Shown: positions 1-6,727 of the stretch, piece by piece
Layout of the letters: each line of letters starts with the position of its first letter
Position numbering within the stretch: the stretch's first letter is position 1
Assembly: GCA_047618185.1 (NCBI GenBank)
Contig: JBLHKZ010000001.1
Span: 1-58,938 of the forward strand
DNA length: 58,938 nucleotides
Origin: Limisphaerales bacterium
GTDB taxonomy: Bacteria > Verrucomicrobiota > Verrucomicrobiia > Limisphaerales > JAYPEY01
Direction: 5' to 3'
Notes under the pieces: model-generated
What the model saw: only the letters and a program-made list of their open reading frames with translations
What the model was told of the DNA's origin: nothing
Databases searched by the model: none
Program-made: the position numbers and the translations under genes

Positions 1-1081
1 CGGAAACAAACACCGAGCCATCGGGAGCGACCGCCAATCCCACCGGACGAAAAGAACTATTGCCCGAGATAACGGTCGACCGCTCCGAGGAAAACGATGC
101 GCCCTTCGCCGTCAAGCGATGCCGCTCGACGCGGTGATCCGACCAGGAAGCGACCAATAAATCGCCGCGATAATCGGTCGGCAATCCGTCCGATTCGTAG
201 GGCAGAATTTCGCAGGGCCCTTCGCCAACCCCGTTCACCATCGGAAGCGTCCCTGGCAGTTCGCCATTCCAACAGACGAATGGATGCAACCCGGAAACGT
301 ACTGCCGCTCGTAGCCATAGTCGCCGCCTTCCACCACGTGAATCAGTCGGCAGGGCGGCCGATCGCCCGGATCGTTCTCAGTCGCGAAGACGCGGCCAAA
401 CACATCGACGCACACGCCGAAAGGATTCCAGAATCCCTCGGCCACTCGTCGAAGGTCCGTGCCATCGGCGCGACACCAGAACACGCCGCCACTTCCCCGG
501 CCGTCGGCGATTGTCGTCCCGTCCGTGCCTGACAGGACATAGGATTGCGCCCGGTTCTCTCCCAGGCTGAAATACAGATTGCCGCTGAAATCAAACGCCA
601 GGCCCGACATGCCGTTGTGCGGATACAAAGCCGCCGTTTCCATGTGGATCAAATGCTCGACTGAATCAGCGCCCAGATCGCCATCGAAGTCGCGCAGTCG
701 GTAAACGTCATTTCGCGTCGCGAGATAGAGCGAGCCGTCGAAATGAAAGGCCAGATCCATTGCGTGTGTGAAGCCCTCGTGAAAGACGCTGCGTTTGTCC
801 GCGCGCCCATCGGCGTTCTTATCCTCGAAGACCAGGACGCGATCAGAGGAAGGGCCGACGTAGGACGCTGGGCGCTGGTGGGTGTGATTCTCGATGACGA
901 ACACGCGTCCGTTCTCATCGACGGCAATGCCATTGGGCGTGACGATCCGAGGCTGCTCGGCAAACAGCTCGACGGTCAAACGATCGTCGTGAATCTGCAA
1001 CGGGGCTGACGCGGCCGAGGCGGCTGCGGCGCAAAACATGAGACAAGGAATAAGGACAAGAGCAGCAAGCCATTGACGCAC
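1..1081 (-). CDS. PVC-type membrane-bound dehydrogenase/beta-propeller protein, N-terminal part (3' end runs off the window)
   Basis: The minus-strand frame is open from GTG at 1081 to the window edge, and is absent from the ORF track because it is partial. Hand translation gives VRQWLAALVLIPCLMFCAAAASAASA (signal peptide) followed by PLQIHDDRLTVELFAEQPRIVTPNGIAVDENGRVFVIENH...DGDLGADS...GDYGYE. The N-terminus resembles that of 6728..9673. Confidence 0.75.
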   Translation of the reverse strand, partial: MRQWLAALVLIPCLMFCAAAASAASAPLQIHDDRLTVELFAEQPRIVTPNGIAVDENGRVFVIENHTHQRPASYVGPSSDRVLVFEDKNADGRADKRSVFHEGFTHAMDLAFHFDGSLYLATRNDVYRLRDFDGDLGADSVEHLIHMETAALYPHNGMSGLAFDFSGNLYFSLGENRAQSYVLSGTDGTTIADGRGSGGVFWCRADGTDLRRVAEGFWNPFGVCVDVFGRVFATENDPGDRPPCRLIHVVEGGDYGYERQYVSGLHPFVCWNGELPGTLPMVNGVGEGPCEILPYESDGLPTDYRGDLLVASWSDHRVERHRLTAKGASFSSERSTVISGNSSFRPVGLAVAPDGSVFVS

Positions 1082-1195
1082 TCCGCCTGTCTTTGAGGAT
1101 CTGCGCCTGCGGGCGCACGTTGCGCTTATCCCGGTCAAACCAGGAATTCCGTTTCCGCAAGCGGTCGCCTCCAATAGCGGCAGCGATCCAAAGCC

Positions 1196-1304
1196 GGTGG
1201 GGCGAGAGTCCCCGCGAGCCCACTTCAGTATCCCGAAGGGATTGTAGAGCCTCTGGCGTCCCGTCAGGACTTCGATATGGGCTCGCGGGGACTCTCGCCC
1301 CACC
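1196..1304. repeat. Long palindromic intergenic element (27-bp perfect inverted repeat, 55-nt loop)
   Basis: Arm 1196..1222 (ggtggggcgagagtccccgcgagccca) is the exact reverse complement of arm 1278..1304. Confidence 0.85.
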
Positions 1305-1433
1305 AGCTTTTTGGATTCCTTCGGATATTTCACGTTGTCTTACATTCCTGCGTCGCGTCTATTCGGAGACTTTTTCGCAAGGTCCTTCCGTTCCACACTA
1401 GTGTCACAATCGATGAGCGTGAAGCCGCCACAG

Positions 1434-1799
1434 TTAATGATAGCCTCTAGTCACCTTTACGGCGTCCGAAGGCAATATTTCAAACGTGACTATGCTTCCA
1501 CTGCCCGATTTAGGAATATCCACCACCGCTTCCTTGTCCACGCCGTCTTCCCGCCATTTGAATATGCCGCGACCGGCAAATCTCCCCTGCCACGGCCAAT
1601 GCCCCGCTTTTTTGTTCTGAGACAGAACTCCCCAACGCACACTGTCGCCGCTGGCAAATTCCACTCGAGCTGCTTCAACCGTTACGGTTTTACGATTTAC
1701 GGCCTCCATGTCATAGCCGGAAAACGTTTCGCATCCTGACAATAGACCCATCATGATCATGGCTAGGAAAAGTCTTCTAATGAGATTTATGGAATTCAT
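1434..1799 (-). CDS. Small hypothetical lipoprotein
   Basis: ATG at 1799 gives MNSINLIRRLFLAMIMMGLLSGCETF with a lipobox (LLSGC). I recognise no family for it. Confidence 0.5.
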   Translation of the reverse strand: MNSINLIRRLFLAMIMMGLLSGCETFSGYDMEAVNRKTVTVEAARVEFASGDSVRWGVLSQNKKAGHWPWQGRFAGRGIFKWREDGVDKEAVVDIPKSGSGSIVTFEILPSDAVKVTRGYH

Positions 1800-1849
1800 T
1801 TGCTGGTCAGATTTACGGCCGAAAACTCTCACAATCCTGTCTCACAGCG

Positions 1850-2173
1850 TCACACTTCCTCTTTCTGCAGCAGTTCAGGGACAACCACTTCCGCCTTGGG
1901 CTTCAATTCCGGCAAGGTCTCCCCGAAAGCCAGGGACTGTTCCTCCTCCCCGTGACAAACAAAGATCTTCTTGATGTCGCCAGTGAGATTCTGGAGGTAA
2001 CGGCTGAGCTCGTCCTTGTCGACGTGGCCGAAAAAGGAATCAATGCGCTCGATCAGCTCGCCGCGACGCCCCTGGAACATTCCGCGTTCGAGCAAGGGGC
2101 GTCGATGGTTCACCTCCAGCAGAAACATGGAGCCGGTCGTGGCGCCAACGGCTCCGCAGAATTGGATTCGCAT
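1850..2173 (-). pseudogene. Remnant of a beta-CASP/metallo-beta-lactamase-fold hydrolase with an in-frame internal deletion
   Basis: The 107-aa ORF joins a typical family N-terminus (MRIQFCGAVGATTGSMFLLEV...GMFQG) directly to a typical C-terminus (IDSFFGHVDKDELSRYL...KKIFVCHGEEEQSLAFGETL). The HxHxDH core and beta-CASP domain (about 300 or more aa) are missing. Confidence 0.55.
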
Positions 2174-2291
2174 GCACAGAGAATGGCAATGGCCGGGAGC
2201 AACGCAAGATCAAGATTGGCGGGATTGCGACGCTTTCAGTCTATTGGGGCAAGAGACAAGTTGAACTGAGCGCGCCTGAGGCGGGACCGCG

Positions 2292-2768
2292 CTATTTTGC
2301 GGAAAGCGCCAACGCCCCAATCGTAACCGCGAGGAGAATGTAGGTTCGGGCCGGCAGCCGCGCTCCAATTCCCCAGGCCAGAGTGAAATAGCAGAATTGA
2401 AACAGGAGCAGGAGGCCGGTGAACATCCCGAGCACGGTCTCGTCGGCCAGTCGATTGCGTTGGGCCAACGCCAGGGCGGGAATCACGCAGACCACTTGCA
2501 GAATCGTCAGTTCGAAGGTGGACGTCCGAAAGTTGGATGACTGCCTGCCAATGCGAATGAATGAAACCCAGAGCCAAAAAATGGAGCCGGACCAAAGCGC
2601 GATTCCAATGATAACGGCGGTCTTCGTCGGCGCGCCAAGCACACTATGAACAAGGGAGCCAACTGCGGCGGCTGGAAGCGCCGCCATTACGGCAAAGATC
2701 CCCAGCACGATAGACATCTCGCTGAGATTGTAGTGGCCCGCCTTCTTTTGGATGTAGGCGTGAAGCAT
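2292..2768 (-). CDS. Hypothetical polytopic membrane protein (about 5 TM)
   Basis: The 158-aa ORF has 4-5 hydrophobic segments. It lies 35 nt downstream of 2804..3475 on the same strand. No motif recognised. Confidence 0.5.
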   Translation of the reverse strand: MLHAYIQKKAGHYNLSEMSIVLGIFAVMAALPAAAVGSLVHSVLGAPTKTAVIIGIALWSGSIFWLWVSFIRIGRQSSNFRTSTFELTILQVVCVIPALALAQRNRLADETVLGMFTGLLLLFQFCYFTLAWGIGARLPARTYILLAVTIGALALSAK

Positions 2769-2803
2769 AACATGACTGGCCTTCGCCCCGGCGGGAACGT
2801 CGG

Positions 2804-3475
2804 CTACGAACCCGATTTCCCGGCTGGCTCGTCGGCGCTGGCCGACCCGAACGGATTGCCCGCGGCCGGAAGAGATTTCCGGGGGGCGCTCTTCGAGCCG
2901 GAAGCGGCGCGTTGCCGCTTCACGACCTCGCGGAACATTCCGCGTCGCAACTTGTCCTGAATCTGATTCCGCACCGCGGCAAGCACTTGCTTCTCCTTGC
3001 CCTTGATATCGCGAATGTCACCGCAGGTCGCGCATTGGGCGACGGTCACCGGCCCCAGCGGCGTAAAGCTGTTTTCGCGATAGGTCGCCGGCTCATAGCA
3101 TTTCGGGCAGATGCAGCGCAGGCCCTCGATCTCGTTGGTGGAAGGATTGTAGTCCCAATGCCAGGTGATCCCCATCAGGATGTCCTCCCGGTAATCCGCC
3201 ACCACCGGCTCGTCGGCGTCCGATCCATCAGCGGGCCGCAACTTCCGGATCAACCCGATCCAGTAGGCCCCGCAACTCGCGAGTAGAAAAATCAAGACCC
3301 AGTGAGGAACACGAATCTCCGAAAGAAGCGCGGCGAGAAGGTAGGAGATTTGATCGTTGAACCAGGCGAAGTTTGGATTCGAGGCGCTGACGCGATTCAG
3401 GATCATCAACACGACCACCGCGATCAGCAGTCCGACGACGACTTTCTTGACCTTGTTAATTTGCTCGTCAGTCAT
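2804..3475 (-). CDS. Hypothetical 2-TM protein with a four-Cys zinc-ribbon-like domain and basic tail
   Basis: ATG at 3475 (MTDEQINKVKK). There are two hydrophobic helices, then ITWHWDYNP...GLRCICPKCYEP...AQCATCGD (CxxC...CxxC), then a Lys/Arg-rich tail. The ORF-track start at 3502 is also possible. Confidence 0.5.
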   Translation of the reverse strand: MTDEQINKVKKVVVGLLIAVVVLMILNRVSASNPNFAWFNDQISYLLAALLSEIRVPHWVLIFLLASCGAYWIGLIRKLRPADGSDADEPVVADYREDILMGITWHWDYNPSTNEIEGLRCICPKCYEPATYRENSFTPLGPVTVAQCATCGDIRDIKGKEKQVLAAVRNQIQDKLRRGMFREVVKRQRAASGSKSAPRKSLPAAGNPFGSASADEPAGKSGS

Positions 3476-3626
3476 GGCCTGTCCCGCGCAATGGAGCCAC
3501 ATTCCCCATTCGCGCGAAGTCCCGAACTTTTGCCCGAACGCACGGACGCCGCAATGGAATTATGGCGGCGGCGCGACACTGCCGCTTTGGACCAGTCAGC
3601 CAACCGTGCCGCGATGACCATTTCCT

Positions 3627-3725
3627 AAAGCGGCGTAGGACCGCAGCGCTCCAAGACGCTATCGCGACATCCATGCATTTAGGTTTTCCGACAGGTCTTG
3701 GACTGCGGCGGTCCTACGCCGCTTT
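3627..3725. repeat. Imperfect long palindromic intergenic element
   Basis: Arm aaagcggcgtaggaccgc (3627..3644) is the exact reverse complement of 3708..3725. The pairing extends inward to 3657/3695 with 3 mismatches, leaving a 37-nt loop. Confidence 0.75.
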
Positions 3726-3834
3726 CGCATGCCGACCTCCGGGGTGATCTCGAAACCGCGCGATCTATCTCGCTCATGGCATTTCACGCTCGTCTCAAGC
3801 CGGGCCGCGACAGTCTAGGCGCACATTAACAGGA

Positions 3835-5106
3835 TTACTTGCCTGCATCCTCGCGCCAATAGTCCGGCAAGTTCTTCTTCGTCTCGATGAGGATTTGCAG
3901 GATGGCCCGCTTGCGTCCCGGCGGAAGTTCCTGAAATTCCTCGGACTTGTCCTCTCCGGAAAGGACCTCCCACAAACGACGATAAACGCGTTCCTTCAAG
4001 GGAGGCATCAAGCTGTCGAAAGCCTCGGAGTAAATGAGGTAACTGCACGGGTATTTCAGCAGCCGCGTCTTCAGATCAAGCTGACGCAGAGATCTGCCGC
4101 GACTGTCCTTTGGACCGCGTGATTCAAAGTCGGCCGCATAACTCGTCACGCCCTGGACCGGCCCCGGCAGCGGCGCCTCGTCGACGAACAGGAGATGTTT
4201 GATGAAATACTCGATCGGACTCTCCATGTATTTGATGTGGCCGTACTGATGCTGAAAAATGCGGGCCTCGTAATTCAGCCGCGTGATGAAGTTGTGCATG
4301 TGCGTCTGGTGCTCGAGCACGAGCATCGCGACCATGTCGCTGTGCGGACTGAGGTAGCCGTCCGTTTCGAAGAAAGGACTGAGCTCAGTGAGATTGCGAC
4401 GATGCGCGGGATCCTTTTTACGGAGCGCGACCTCGGAGGGATTGATCAGGTTGGCGCGGGTGGGATTGTTGGCCATCACCCCGGTGATGTACCAACCGCC
4501 CCAGCGATCCTCGAATTTGGCGTTGTGGCTGATTCGCGGGTAGCCTGTGGAATCGTCCGGCCAACCATTCTCGGCGCTGTGAAACGATCGAACCAGGTGC
4601 CCGGGAACGCCCATGGTTTTCGAGCCGACATGGCATTCCAGACACTTCCCTTTGCGCGTCAGCAGCGGAAACTCGGAATTCCCCTGATCGAGCCCGTGAA
4701 ACACCGCGCCGTTCCTGGGATCAACGGAAGAGATCTCCAGCAACTCCGCGCCGGGAACCCAGCCAACGTAGACGTCGTCATTGAAATACACCGCGCGCGG
4801 GACGTTGGTGTAGATCATCTGCCGGTGCGTCGAAGTTTTCGAGAAGACCAGCAACTGGGAGGAAACCGGCACGTCCAACGCCTTCAGAACCGCGGGGAGA
4901 TAGCCAAAGCGCGGATGGTAATCGAGCTTGAGCTCGCCATTGGCCAATCGGGTCTGAAGCGCCGCGACCGGGCCGCCAATATCGGCGTCCGAGTAGCTGA
5001 TCGGCGGCGAATCGTATTCGACCGTGTGCAGCGAGCCTGGAAAATCGGCGAAGACGCCGGTCGCCGCCAATATCATCAACCAGACCATCAACGAACGTAT
5101 CAACAT
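3835..5106 (-). CDS. Secreted protein of unknown function with a single CxxCH heme-binding motif
   Basis: ATG at 5106 gives the signal peptide MLIRSLMVWLMILAATGVFA. The motif KCLECHVGSKTMGVPGH is present. The ORF-track start at 5211 would overlap the Fic gene. Confidence 0.65.
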   Translation of the reverse strand: MLIRSLMVWLMILAATGVFADFPGSLHTVEYDSPPISYSDADIGGPVAALQTRLANGELKLDYHPRFGYLPAVLKALDVPVSSQLLVFSKTSTHRQMIYTNVPRAVYFNDDVYVGWVPGAELLEISSVDPRNGAVFHGLDQGNSEFPLLTRKGKCLECHVGSKTMGVPGHLVRSFHSAENGWPDDSTGYPRISHNAKFEDRWGGWYITGVMANNPTRANLINPSEVALRKKDPAHRRNLTELSPFFETDGYLSPHSDMVAMLVLEHQTHMHNFITRLNYEARIFQHQYGHIKYMESPIEYFIKHLLFVDEAPLPGPVQGVTSYAADFESRGPKDSRGRSLRQLDLKTRLLKYPCSYLIYSEAFDSLMPPLKERVYRRLWEVLSGEDKSEEFQELPPGRKRAILQILIETKKNLPDYWREDAGK

Positions 5107-5156
5107 GTCCGATGCTTTCCCGGAGACTCGCTGGAGGTCAACCGTTGGTTGGGGGC

Positions 5157-6488
5157 TTAGTTCAGATTCTGAAGGCGTTGCTCTAAATCCGGCGGTGCGA
5201 AAAAGGTCCAAGTATTCGCACGCTTCCGGGCCGTAAGCAGGTTCCTCTCAGCAAGATCGAGCAGATCGGTTCTCGCGGTCTGATAGACAACATTGTGGCT
5301 CAGTCGATGCGATTCGATGGTATAGAGAAAAGATGGATGCCGCACCGCGTGCCCCATCAAGGCTCTTTGGCGGTGGTTCAGAATGGTGATTCCTTTAAGT
5401 TCCATTTCCACCTTCTTCAATTCATCCGTTTTCCGTTGGATGTATTCGTGCAACTGGCTCACTGCGTTTTCGATAACTCCCAGGTGATAAATGATGAAGT
5501 AGGTCAAATCGTTGCCGTCAGTCTCCGTCAAAAGAAACGCCCGGCCGTACTTGGTCGGCGCTTTGAGTATCGTCTGTGAAATGGAGACGAATTCGAACAG
5601 CCAATACCCATGGCGAAGCATGGACCAATAGAACAACGCGCGCGCCGTCCTGCCGTTGCCGTCGACGAACGGGTGATCGTAGGCCAACCAAAAATGCAGA
5701 ATGATGGAGCGAATAACCGGATGGATAAATCTCTCTGATGAAGCCTCGTTGGCAAAAACGCACATGGCGCTAAGTCGGCCCTCAAGTTGTTCGGCCGGTG
5801 GAGGCGTATGGAAGACTTTTCCAGAAATTTCGTCTCCAACATCGACATTCTCGTCTGGTCGACGAAGTCGTCCCGCGGCGTCTGGTTTGTCCAAGGTGTC
5901 TTTCGTCACCATTCGATGAAGATTAAGAATCAGGTCTTGGGTGAGCGGCTCGTCCTTAAGCGCACAGATTCGCTTCATCGTCACAAAGTTGTTTAAGATC
6001 ATCTGTTCGCTGCGATCCTTGGGTTTGCGGCCCGAACGAATCATCTCCTTGGCCACGACGCGGGTCGTCGCGGCGCCTTCCAACTGGCTGGAAGTGATGG
6101 CCTCTTCGATCAGGGAACCAACGTAGTACCTGTCGCGAGTATCCGGGTTGGTGATCTGTGTCGGCATTTGAATCTTACCGCCCGCGCCAAGATCGAGATC
6201 GCGGAGCTGTATCGCCATGGCGTCCGTCGTGAGGTATACGAAATCGCCGTTAAGGAGGTCCTTCAATGGAATCGCCTTGTACTGCGCGGTTCGCCGCCAT
6301 TTGATAAGCTGCCACCAGGCCTTGTGATCCAAACCTTCAGGAGGTTTGAGATAAATGAGTTTGTCCCAATGCCGGTATTTTCCCCGCGCCATCACGTCCG
6401 GCACGGATTCCATTTGCTTGAGAAACAATTCCGGTTGGAAATCTGCGGGGACCAAATTCCATTCAGGCGGCCGGCGCGGTATTTTCAT
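5157..6488 (-). CDS. Fic family protein (AMPylase-type, class II autoinhibited, C-terminal winged-helix-like region)
   Basis: Fic motif HPFVDGNGRTAR and inhibitory-helix motif SSQLEG are present. The start is either ATG 6488 (MKIPRRPPEW) or GTG 6548. Spot GC is about 48% against about 60% in the flanks. Confidence 0.9.
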   Translation of the reverse strand: MKIPRRPPEWNLVPADFQPELFLKQMESVPDVMARGKYRHWDKLIYLKPPEGLDHKAWWQLIKWRRTAQYKAIPLKDLLNGDFVYLTTDAMAIQLRDLDLGAGGKIQMPTQITNPDTRDRYYVGSLIEEAITSSQLEGAATTRVVAKEMIRSGRKPKDRSEQMILNNFVTMKRICALKDEPLTQDLILNLHRMVTKDTLDKPDAAGRLRRPDENVDVGDEISGKVFHTPPPAEQLEGRLSAMCVFANEASSERFIHPVIRSIILHFWLAYDHPFVDGNGRTARALFYWSMLRHGYWLFEFVSISQTILKAPTKYGRAFLLTETDGNDLTYFIIYHLGVIENAVSQLHEYIQRKTDELKKVEMELKGITILNHRQRALMGHAVRHPSFLYTIESHRLSHNVVYQTARTDLLDLAERNLLTARKRANTWTFFAPPDLEQRLQNLN

Positions 6489-6518
6489 GATCCTGGCAGC
6501 AGATTTCGCTTCTATCGT

Positions 6519-6606
6519 TTTACTAAAGAACTCATATTTAGTAAACACTCACTTCGATTGCCAGCTTAAAATACTAAATCTGAATGGATTAGTAAGGTGT
6601 TAGTAA
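6519..6606 (-). promoter_or_regulatory. Operator-like array of TTAGTAA/TTACTAA heptamers upstream of Fic
   Basis: A perfect palindrome TTTACTAAA (6519..6527)-N9-TTTAGTAAA (6537..6545) is followed by TACTAAA (6572..6578) and TTAGTAA at 6589..6595 and 6600..6606, the last two 11 bp apart. The tract is AT-rich. Confidence 0.35.
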
Positions 6607-6727
6607 TAAAAGATCGTAGCGCTGGATGATCTCACCCTCCCCCCATCTTGGGCATACCTCTCCTTCCAACCCCATATATTGCGTCTTTAAGTCTTACGCT
6701 AAAACGAGGAGTTGCAGAGGGCGCACG

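Noticed and set aside
4195-5160. A 321-aa plus-strand ORF.
   Set aside because: It is antisense to the CxxCH protein gene and has no motifs. It is a high-GC artefact.
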